NCBI GenBank assembly: GCA_965248695.1
Contig: CBDFKD010000002.1
Coordinates: 3,200,001-3,264,000, forward strand
DNA length: 64,000 bases
Reading direction: 5' to 3'
From: Acidobacteriota bacterium
GTDB lineage: Bacteria; Acidobacteriota; UBA890; WLXD01
A model generated the notes under the pieces. It did no database searches, was not told the DNA's origin, and saw nothing but the letters and a program-made list of their open reading frames with translations. A program made the translations under genes and the position numbers. Below are positions 8,823-17,248 of the stretch, in pieces; positions within the stretch are counted from its first letter, which is position 1; each line of letters begins with the position of its first letter.

Positions 8823-10214
8823 GTGAGTTCTGCCTCTACCTTCTGGAACGACTTCAAGGACGCCGTTCGCGGCACCCAGCAGGACTATACCCAGGGTGCG
8901 GTCGGGCGCGCCGTGTTGTTGCTCGCCGTCCCTATGGTTCTGGAAACGGCGATGGAATCGTTGTTCGCCGTCGTCGACGTGTTCTTCGTCTCCAAGCTCG
9001 GGCCCTCGGCGGTCGCTACGGTGGCGCTCACCGAATCGATGATGACGATGGTCTTCACCGTCGCCATCGGCCTGTCGATCGCGGTGACGGCGATGGTGGC
9101 GCGGCGTATCGGCGAGCACGACCCCGACGCCGCGGCGCGCTCAACGGTGCAGGCGATCGGGCTCGGGTTGGCGGTTTCCGCCGCAATCGCCGTCGCCGGC
9201 GTGGCCCTGGCGCCACAGATGCTGTCGCTCATGGGCGCCTCCGAGGACGTCGTCGCCAACAGCAGCTACGCGCGCGTCATGCTCGGCGGCAACGTTACCG
9301 TGTTGCTCCTGTTCCTGATCAACGCCGCGTTCCGCGGTGCGGGCGACGCCGCCGTCGCCATGCGCGTGCTGTGGCTGGCCAACGGCATCAACATTTTCCT
9401 CGACCCGATGCTGATCTTCGGAATCGGCCCGTTCCCCTAGTTGGGTGTACTGGGAGCAGCGGTGGCAACGAACATCGGCCGCGGAACCGTCGTCGTGGCG
9501 CAGTTCTGGCTGCTCAGCCGACCTGGCGGGCGGCTGCAGATTCGTCGCGAGCACCTGCTGTTCCTGCCGGCACTGATGCTGCGCCTGCTGCGGCTCTCCG
9601 GTGCCGGCATGTTCCAGGTGTTCATCAGCATGGCGAGCTGGGTCGGCCTGATCCGCATTCTCGCCGGGTTCGGAGACGAGGTACTGGCGGGCTACGCGGT
9701 CGGCATTCGCCTCATTCTCTTTGCGCTGTTACCAAGCTGGGGCATGAGCAACGCCGCGGCCACGATGGTGGGACAGAGCTTGGGCGCCGGAAAACCCGAG
9801 CGCGCCGAAAAAGCCGTGTGGATAGCCGGCTTCTACAACCTCATCTTTCTGGGTGCGATCGGGGCCTTGTTCATCGTCTTCGCGCCGTTCATCGTCGCCC
9901 TGTTCACCGACCTGCCCGAGCCCCACCGCTGGGGCGTGCTGTGCCTGCGGATCGTCTCCGCCGGCTTCCTCTTCTACGCCTACGGCATGGTGCTCGAGAA
10001 TGCTTACAACGGCGCCGGCGACCCGTGGACGCCCACCTGGATCAACCTGTTCTGCTTCTGGATCTTCGAGTTGCCGTTCGCTTGGTTCGCAGCCCACACG
10101 CTCGGCTGGGGGCCCACCGGTGTGTTCGTCGCCATGGCGGTGTCGTTCTCGGCCATGGCGGTGATTGCGGCGTATTTCTTCCGCGGAGGCGGCTGGAAGC
10201 TGAAGAATGTCTAG
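8823..10214 (+). pseudogene. MATE family efflux transporter interrupted by an in-frame TAG at 9438-9440
   Basis: ORFs 8730-9440 and 9441-10214 are in the same frame and join as IFGIGPFP*LGVLGAAVATNIGR. MATE motifs occur on both sides (LAVPMVLE, RGAGD, VGQSLGAG, GAGD). Confidence 0.85.
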
Positions 10215-11700
10215 CGTCGGGATCAGCGAGTTGCTCGACGCCTGCCTGCCTGCACCGCACGACCACCGCGCCGGTGGCGTCGAGCAGGCGCTGGCGATCC
10301 TGCAGCGTGACCCGGACGCCGCCCACGCCGACATCTGGACCGCATGCGCCTGTGGCGAGCTCGACACGGTTCGCTCGATGCTCGCCGACGCCCCCGACCT
10401 CGCCATCACCGCCGGCGGGCGCCGCGAATGGGTGCCGCTGCTGTATCTGAGCTTCTCCCGGTTTCTGCGCCTGGATCCGGCCCGCGCAGCCCGGATGGTC
10501 GAGATTGCCTCGCTGCTGCTGGCCAACGACGCCGACCCGAACGCCTACTGGATCGATGCGAACGAGGGTGCAGGGAATCGCGAGTCGGCGCTCTACGGCG
10601 CCGCCGGTGTCGCCAACAACGTCGAGCTGACCCGGCTGCTGATCGAGGCCGGTGCCGATCCGAACGATGGCGAGACCCCGTACCACATGGTCGAGCACGA
10701 GGCCGTGCCCTGCGCGCATCTGGTGTTCGCCCATCTGGACGAGACCAGTCGCAGCATCGCGCTCCTGCACAAGATCGACTATCCGGATCTCGGCGGGTTG
10801 CGCACGCTGCTGGAGCTGGGCGCCGATCCGAACGGGCGCTCGCCGTTCAAGAACTTCGGCCTGCATCAGGCAGTGTTCCGCGGTCATCCGAAACCGTTCT
10901 TCGACTTGCTCATCGAGCACGGCGCCGATCTCGACCGTCCCAACGGTGACGGCAAGACACCGTATGCGCTTGCCGCCCGTTCGGGGCGCAGCGAGATCAT
11001 GGAATGGCTCGCCGCGGCGGGAGCCGACACCCGGCTGGATCCGGTCGACGCGTTCCTCGCCGCCTGCGGAGCCGGCGAGACGGCGCGGGTGAGCGAGCTC
11101 CTCGAGACCGACCCGCAGCTGTTCAGCACGTTGAGCGACCACGACCGTGCCGAGATCTGCGAGGCAGCCGACGCGGGCAACACGGCGGCGGTACGAACGA
11201 TGCTCGACGTCGGTTGGGAGGTGAACACTCGCGGGCGCGTCTGGCACGAGACGGCGTTACACCGCGCCGCCATGCAGGGGCATCTGGAAACCGCCCGATT
11301 GCTGTACGAGCGCGGCAGCGATCTGACCATCCGTGATCGCTTCTATCAGAGCTCGGCGCTCGGCTGGGCGTTGCACGGTGAACACCTCGAGCTCGCTCGA
11401 CTGCTGGGCTCCGTTCCCGGACGACTCGACATCCGCGACACCGCGCAGTGCGGCTACGCGGAGCGCACCCTCGAGCTGCTGGGCTCCGGTGACCCCGACG
11501 CCGAGGTTGCAGGTGGCGATCCGGGCGTGTTGTTGCGCGCCGCCGCCGCCAGCGGCAACGTCGAGCTGGTGGGCGCGTTGCTGGAGCGCGGCGCGGATGC
11601 ATCGCTACGCAATCGCGACGGGCTCTCAGCAGTGCAGGTCGCCGAGGCGGCGGGCGAGGTCGAGGTCGTCCGACAGCTGCAGAGGGCGCCGCTTCCCTGA
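10207..11700 (+). CDS. Ankyrin repeat protein
   Basis: Repeated LLxxGADPN, TALHRAA and TPYALAA motifs. Confidence 0.9.
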   Translation: MSSVGISELLDACLPAPHDHRAGGVEQALAILQRDPDAAHADIWTACACGELDTVRSMLADAPDLAITAGGRREWVPLLYLSFSRFLRLDPARAARMVEIASLLLANDADPNAYWIDANEGAGNRESALYGAAGVANNVELTRLLIEAGADPNDGETPYHMVEHEAVPCAHLVFAHLDETSRSIALLHKIDYPDLGGLRTLLELGADPNGRSPFKNFGLHQAVFRGHPKPFFDLLIEHGADLDRPNGDGKTPYALAARSGRSEIMEWLAAAGADTRLDPVDAFLAACGAGETARVSELLETDPQLFSTLSDHDRAEICEAADAGNTAAVRTMLDVGWEVNTRGRVWHETALHRAAMQGHLETARLLYERGSDLTIRDRFYQSSALGWALHGEHLELARLLGSVPGRLDIRDTAQCGYAERTLELLGSGDPDAEVAGGDPGVLLRAAAASGNVELVGALLERGADASLRNRDGLSAVQVAEAAGEVEVVRQLQRAPLP

Positions 11701-11754
11701 CGGCCCGCCAGGCCGGGCCGGGCCGCTGAGACGAACCGCCATATACTGGGTACC

Positions 11755-13527
11755 GTGAGCCGCCGACGTAGCCAGGGCAATCCGACCACGCGCATTCCGT
11801 GGCCGGTCGTCGTCCTTGGGCTGGGCATGGTCGTCGCCCCCGGCTGGCCACAATCACCCGATACGAGCTCGGTCCGCTTCCGCGATGTGACCGAGGCAGC
11901 CGGTTTGGATTTCCCCTACGTCTACGGCGCCCCATCACGCCCATACGTAACCGATTCCGGCGGTTCCGGAGCCGCCTGGCTCGATTACGACACCGACGGC
12001 CGTGTCGACATCGCGATCGCCAATGGGCTCCCCGGACCCTCGGGACAACCGCACGCCGCGACGCGCGCCGCACTCGCCGGTACACCGCTGCGCGAGTCCT
12101 TGGCAGCGGATGGCAGCGCCGCACCCCACGCGCTGTTCAGAAACCTCGGCGGCCGCTTCGTCGATGTCGCCGCCGCTGCGGGACTCGACGATGCCGCGTG
12201 GGCCAACGCCGTGGTGGCGGCGGACGTCGACAACGACGGCTTCGACGACGTGTATATCACCGCGATCGGGCCGAATCGCCTGTACCGCAACAACGGTGAC
12301 GGCACGTTCACGGTGTGGTCTGCTGGGCTCGACGACCCGGGGTGGGGCACCGGTGCCGTCTTCACCGACTGGGACCTGGACGGCGACCTGGATCTGTACG
12401 CGGTTTGCTACGTCGATTTCGACGCCGGCTCGACGGCGACGCTGGGCGACGGTGTGTGCAACTACCTGGGCATCGAGGTGTTCTGTGGGCCCCGCGGACT
12501 GCTCGGCGAGCGCGATGTGATGCTCAGGAACGAAAATGCCGAGTTCATCGGAACGGCAGATTCAGCCGTCGACCCGGACCTCGGTTTCGGATTCGCGGCG
12601 CTTGCCGTCGATTGCGACGGCATCGCCCCAGCGGAGATCTACGTCGCCAACGACTCCAACATGAACCTGCTGTATCGCCTTGGCGGCGGCGGCGTCGAAG
12701 ACCTCTCGTTGTTCAGTGGCGCCGGCTTCAGCGGTGGCGGCCTGGAGCAGGCCGGCATGGGAGTGACCGCGTCGGACTTCGACGGGGACGGCGATTTCGA
12801 TCTCCTGGTATCCAACTTTCAGCACGATTACAACACCCTGTACGAGAACATCGGAGACTGCGCCTTCCGCGATGTCACCGCCGAGCGCGGCCTGGCGGCG
12901 GCAGCCTATCCGTACATGGGATGGGCTTCGCTGTTTGCCGACTTCGACGGCGATGGCGACGAGGATCTCTTTGTGGCCAACGGCCACCTGTATCCGCAAC
13001 TCGAGGGGCTCGATATGGAGCCCTTCGGACAGCGAGATTCGCTCTTTCTGAGCCGCCTACGCGAGACCGGAAGAGCGGATTTTGATCAGCTCGAGCCACC
13101 GACCGGAGTCGCCACGGACTCGGCTCTATCCTCTCGCAGCGCCGCGTTCGCCGACTTCGACAACGACGCCGATCTCGACCTCGTTGTGACCCACATCGAC
13201 CGGCCGCCTCGCCTGCTGGAGAACATCACCGCGGGATCGGCAGCGGCGTTGCGCATCACGCTCGTAGGCCGCCAGTCGAACCGCGATGCCCTCGGCGCCA
13301 CCGTGCGGGTACGCTCGGGCAAGGTCGAGCAATGGCGCGAGCTGCGACGCACGGACGGCTATCTAGGCAGCAACGACCCGCGGCTGCTGGTTTTTCTGCC
13401 GGGAGGAGTCGCCGACGAGGTCGAGGTGCGGTGGCCGGTCGGGGGAACCTGGCACGGACAGGCAATCGCGCCCGGCGACGTGGTCCTCGACGAGCAGCGG
13501 GGACTGATCGCGAGACGCGAGCGATGA
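11755..13527 (+). CDS. CRTAC1-family protein (FG-GAP/VCBS repeats plus C-terminal ASPIC/UnbV domain)
   Basis: Multiple DxDxDGxxD loops; C-terminal NRDALGATV...GYLGSND...VEVRWP. Confidence 0.88.
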   Translation: MSRRRSQGNPTTRIPWPVVVLGLGMVVAPGWPQSPDTSSVRFRDVTEAAGLDFPYVYGAPSRPYVTDSGGSGAAWLDYDTDGRVDIAIANGLPGPSGQPHAATRAALAGTPLRESLAADGSAAPHALFRNLGGRFVDVAAAAGLDDAAWANAVVAADVDNDGFDDVYITAIGPNRLYRNNGDGTFTVWSAGLDDPGWGTGAVFTDWDLDGDLDLYAVCYVDFDAGSTATLGDGVCNYLGIEVFCGPRGLLGERDVMLRNENAEFIGTADSAVDPDLGFGFAALAVDCDGIAPAEIYVANDSNMNLLYRLGGGGVEDLSLFSGAGFSGGGLEQAGMGVTASDFDGDGDFDLLVSNFQHDYNTLYENIGDCAFRDVTAERGLAAAAYPYMGWASLFADFDGDGDEDLFVANGHLYPQLEGLDMEPFGQRDSLFLSRLRETGRADFDQLEPPTGVATDSALSSRSAAFADFDNDADLDLVVTHIDRPPRLLENITAGSAAALRITLVGRQSNRDALGATVRVRSGKVEQWRELRRTDGYLGSNDPRLLVFLPGGVADEVEVRWPVGGTWHGQAIAPGDVVLDEQRGLIARRER

Positions 13528-15005
13528 ATCACCTGGGGCCCCTTGTGCTCGCGATCGCGTTCGTCGGATGGCCGGCGCAGGACCGGGAGGCTCTGCTCCA
13601 GCGCGCCCAAGAGGCCGTTCAGGCGGGCGACTACACCACCGCGATCGAGATCTACGAAGCCGCGCTGGTCGTCGCCCCCGGAGACATGATGGCCCGCTTC
13701 GGGCGCGGTCAAGCTCATTTCCTCGCCGGAGACATCGAAGATGCGTTGCCAGATCTAGAAGCGGCACGCGACGCCAGCGGCGGCGGCGCCGTGCAGTACA
13801 TCCTCGGTCAAGCCTACCTGGAGCTCGAACGCTTCTCCGAAGCCGACATGGCGCTGGCGGCAGCAGCGCGTGAGCGGCCTGGATTCGGCCCTTTGATGAT
13901 GATGCGTGCCGATATCTGCTACCGCCTCGGGCGCATGGAGCGGGCCGAGAACCGCCTGCGCGAGGTCGCCCGCGTCGCACCCGAATGGGACGTCCCGCTG
14001 GCCCGGCTGGCGGAGCTGAGCCTCGCACGGGACGACGTCGAGGCCGCTGCCCGATGGCTCGAACGGGCCCTCACGGTGCAACCGAAGAACGTCGACACTG
14101 CCCTGCTTCTGGCAAGTACACGGGTCCGACTCGGCCGGCCCGATGAGGCGCTCGCCACGCTCGAGGAGGCAGTGCGCACGACCCCCGACTCGCTCTTCGC
14201 GCGCCTCGCCCTGGCCGAGCGTTACGACCGACTCGACCGCACCGCCGCGTTGCTGGGACAGGTCGACCAGATCCTGCAACGCTGGCCCGACGACCCGATC
14301 GCTCACATGCACCGCGCCCGACGGCAATTCCTCGCCGGCGAGCTCGGGACGGCGTTGGCCAGCGCCGACCGGGCGTTGGTCGGAGCCTCCGGGCCGGCGC
14401 CAGACTCCGACAGCACCGCTGCGAGACCAGGCCGCGGCGACCTGCTACCGCGCGTCATGAAGACCCGAGCCGAGCTCTTGAGTCGGCTCGAGCGTCGAGC
14501 CGAAGCCGTCGACGTCGCCACCGAGTTGGTGGGGCGGTTCCCTCGATACCCGGACGGGCACTTCGTCCTCGGCAACCTGCTGCTGGCTGGCGGCGACCCG
14601 GCGGGTCGGGACCATCTTCGGAAGTTCAAGCAGCTTTCCGATGCGCGGCTGCGCCGAACCGCCGGTGACACCTACCTTGCGGGTGGCGATCTCCAGCGCG
14701 CCGGATCCGAGTACGAAGGTGCCCTCGAGGCCGACGCGGACGATGTGGGGGCCTTGCTCGGGCTCGCCACCGTGCGCCGCAGAACCGCTGCGCCCGACCA
14801 GGCGCTGGAGCTTCTCGAGCACGCCCGACGCCTCAACCCCCCGCCGGTGTCATGGTACCGAGAACGCATACTGGCGCTCGACGGGGCTCGACGGCGTCAG
14901 CAGGCGCTGCGCGAATGGGAGACTGCCTCAGCGGTTCTCGGGACCGGCTTTGCGCCCGAGGTTTGGGGCGTGGTGCACGCCGGCGTCGCCGGTTGCGAGA
15001 GCTGA
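13524..15005 (+). CDS. Tetratricopeptide repeat protein with signal peptide
   Basis: ATG overlaps the upstream TGA; helical repeats with TPR-like pattern (AIEIYEAAL...P, YILGQAY, HFVLGNLL). Confidence 0.82.
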   Translation: MNHLGPLVLAIAFVGWPAQDREALLQRAQEAVQAGDYTTAIEIYEAALVVAPGDMMARFGRGQAHFLAGDIEDALPDLEAARDASGGGAVQYILGQAYLELERFSEADMALAAAARERPGFGPLMMMRADICYRLGRMERAENRLREVARVAPEWDVPLARLAELSLARDDVEAAARWLERALTVQPKNVDTALLLASTRVRLGRPDEALATLEEAVRTTPDSLFARLALAERYDRLDRTAALLGQVDQILQRWPDDPIAHMHRARRQFLAGELGTALASADRALVGASGPAPDSDSTAARPGRGDLLPRVMKTRAELLSRLERRAEAVDVATELVGRFPRYPDGHFVLGNLLLAGGDPAGRDHLRKFKQLSDARLRRTAGDTYLAGGDLQRAGSEYEGALEADADDVGALLGLATVRRRTAAPDQALELLEHARRLNPPPVSWYRERILALDGARRRQQALREWETASAVLGTGFAPEVWGVVHAGVAGCES

Positions 15006-15043
15006 GGGCCCAACCCCGGAAGAGCCGTCGCAGCTGCGCGTGA

Positions 15044-17062
15044 TCACGCAGGGACGAATGTCGGCTCCCGGTCGCCCGCAGGCGCGAACATCCCCGGAGT
15101 GTAGGCAGTGATAACCCCCAGGAAAGCCGAGGCGGCCACCGTCAAGGGCGACGCCAGATAGAGACGCCCGGGACCTGATCGGCCCTTGTAGTTGCGGTTG
15201 ATCGCCGACACCGTGACCTGCTCCGCCGTCTCCGAGACCCCCGGACCGCAGCCGATGCAGGCGCCGCAGCCAGGCTCGATCGTCACGACGCCGGCACGCT
15301 CGAACGTCGCATCGTAGCCACGCGAGCGCGCGTACGCTTCGACCGCCTGCGATCCGAACTGAATGAAAAAGCGCACGCCGCGCGGCAGGCTCCGGCCGGC
15401 ATCCACCGCTTCCTTCACGACGCGGTGATAGAAGTCCAGATCGTGTTCCTTGCCGGCAGTGCACGATCCGCCGTAGGCGATGTCTATCGCCACGCGGCCG
15501 ATATCCGCTACCAACGCGCCGTTGGTCGGATCGGATGGAATACCGCGATCGGGGTCACCTGGATCCGCCACCATTGGCTCGATGCGACTCAAGTCGATGG
15601 TGTGTACTCCCGCCGCATACGCGGCGCCGGGGTCGGGATCGATCTGTCGAGACCGGAGCGATTCGAGATCGGCTCCAGGGCGGAATCGCGCCAGCCACTC
15701 GTACGTCTTGTCGTCGGCCTCGACGATGGCGCCGCGAGCCGAACACTCGGTGCCCATGTTGGTCAGCGTGGCGCGCTCGTCCATCGAGAGCGCCGCAACC
15801 CCTGGACCGGTGAACTCCATCACCCGGTTCAGGGTCTTCTCGCGCTTGGCGTAGTGCAGCAGGATGAACAGCATCACGTCCTTGGCGGTAACGGTTTCGC
15901 GTAGCTCGCCGATCAGCTCGAAGCAAATCGCCTCCGGCACCTCTACCAGCGTGAAGCCGTTGTAGACCAGGTTGGCGTATTCCGTGGCGCCGACACCCCA
16001 AGCGAGGGCGTTGTTGCAGCCACCCATGCAGGTATGGCTGTCGGTTGCCTGGATGAAGTCGCCCGGATCGACCATGCGCTCGCGCGCCACCTCGTGGCAG
16101 ATGCCCGGCGAGCTCCCCTCTTCATCGGCCAGGTAGCCGGCGACCTGGGAGTGTTGCTGGAACGTGCGCTGCATCTGCCGCATCTCGTTGACCTGCGGCA
16201 GGAACGGCTGCAGCTTCTCCACCTCGTCGGCGTACACCAGGTGATCCTCGAAGGCGGCGAAGCGACCGGGTCGCTCGAGCCGGTAGTCGGCGCCGTACTC
16301 CTGGGTGAGGAAATGGTGCACCTGCGCCGAGGTGAAGTCGTGTGAGTAGCCGCCGTCGACCTCCACCAGCACTGCGTCCCCGGGCTCGACGTAGCCGCCG
16401 TCGGTGCCCAGCAGATGCCCGGCAAGCACCTTCTCGGTCATGTTCATCGGCCGCTCGCGGGTGCCGTGTGCCGGTATGGTGACTTCCCCGGCCGCCAGGG
16501 CCTTGGCGAACGGGAACAAGCCCCCCTGGCGCACGATCAGGCGGGTTACCGGGTCGTAGCCCTCACAGAACTCCTCCAGCGGAACCGACTCGCCGCGCTG
16601 AAGCGCTCGGAGCACGTCGTAGCCGGCCATCAGCACGCCCTGGTTGATGTTGTTGCGGGCATGGATGGGGGCGAAGGAGTCGGCGATCGCGATGCGTATA
16701 CCGCTCCATTTCTCTGCCTGGACGGCCGTCTCGCGCGACGAGCCCACCCCCTTGCGGTACCCGGAGACGATGACCTCGAAGCCGCCCTCGCGCAGCGCGT
16801 CGCGCTCGAAGACCCGCTCGCCGTCGACGATGAGCCCGGCATATGCCTCGCGGGCGATGTCCTCGGGGCGGTAGTTGAAGCACACCCAGGCGGGCGTCAT
16901 CGCGTCGGTGTTGATGTCGTCGAGCAGATCGTCCGGTAGGCAGAGATCATCGAAATGGAGATCGAGATCGCCCGCCAGCTGCCTGCGAATCAGCTCGGCG
17001 TCCTTGGTAAGAAAGAGGACGCGCTTGCCGGGCGACAGCCGGACGCTGTCTGGAGGCCGCAT
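15044..17062 (-). CDS. Aconitase-family [4Fe-4S] hydro-lyase, fused with the LeuD-like swivel domain N-terminal to the LeuC-like domain
   Basis: N-terminal DINTD and GSSRE; then MTEKVL, GICH, DSHTC, GGSCT, PGCGACIG, NRNYKGR, YLASP. Confidence 0.88.
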   Translation of the reverse strand: MRPPDSVRLSPGKRVLFLTKDAELIRRQLAGDLDLHFDDLCLPDDLLDDINTDAMTPAWVCFNYRPEDIAREAYAGLIVDGERVFERDALREGGFEVIVSGYRKGVGSSRETAVQAEKWSGIRIAIADSFAPIHARNNINQGVLMAGYDVLRALQRGESVPLEEFCEGYDPVTRLIVRQGGLFPFAKALAAGEVTIPAHGTRERPMNMTEKVLAGHLLGTDGGYVEPGDAVLVEVDGGYSHDFTSAQVHHFLTQEYGADYRLERPGRFAAFEDHLVYADEVEKLQPFLPQVNEMRQMQRTFQQHSQVAGYLADEEGSSPGICHEVARERMVDPGDFIQATDSHTCMGGCNNALAWGVGATEYANLVYNGFTLVEVPEAICFELIGELRETVTAKDVMLFILLHYAKREKTLNRVMEFTGPGVAALSMDERATLTNMGTECSARGAIVEADDKTYEWLARFRPGADLESLRSRQIDPDPGAAYAAGVHTIDLSRIEPMVADPGDPDRGIPSDPTNGALVADIGRVAIDIAYGGSCTAGKEHDLDFYHRVVKEAVDAGRSLPRGVRFFIQFGSQAVEAYARSRGYDATFERAGVVTIEPGCGACIGCGPGVSETAEQVTVSAINRNYKGRSGPGRLYLASPLTVAASAFLGVITAYTPGMFAPAGDREPTFVPA

Positions 17063-17084
17063 GCGGTCATTATATTCTTGGCCC

Positions 17085-17162
17085 ATGAGCCAGTCTCGCG
17101 CCCAGCAGATCGACCACGTCGAGCTCTACGTGCCCGACCGAGTTCGCGCGCTACGGCGCTGA
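17085..17162 (+). pseudogene. Possible truncated VOC/glyoxalase gene remnant (25 aa)
   Basis: MSQSRAQQIDHVELYVPDR resembles the first strand and helix of VOC proteins, then stops abruptly. Confidence 0.4.
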
Positions 17163-17177
17163 GGGCGCTAGAACAAG

Positions 17178-17215
17178 GAAGGCCGGCCGGTGAAGTGCAT
17201 CACCGGCCGGCCTTC
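17178..17215. terminator. Strong hairpin, likely terminator of the TonB receptor gene (possibly bidirectional)
   Basis: Perfect 16-bp stem GAAGGCCGGCCGGTGA / TCACCGGCCGGCCTTC with a 6-nt loop, 33 nt past the receptor stop. Confidence 0.75.
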
Positions 17216-17248
17216 ATGACGTGGTTGCGAACTGCTACCGCGCGTGAG

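Noticed and set aside
9438-9440. Genome-wide TAG reassignment or pyrrolysine
   Set aside because: Many genes here end properly at TAG (for example 1893, 5479, 6729, 8532, 10214, 26150) and no pyl genes are present in the window.
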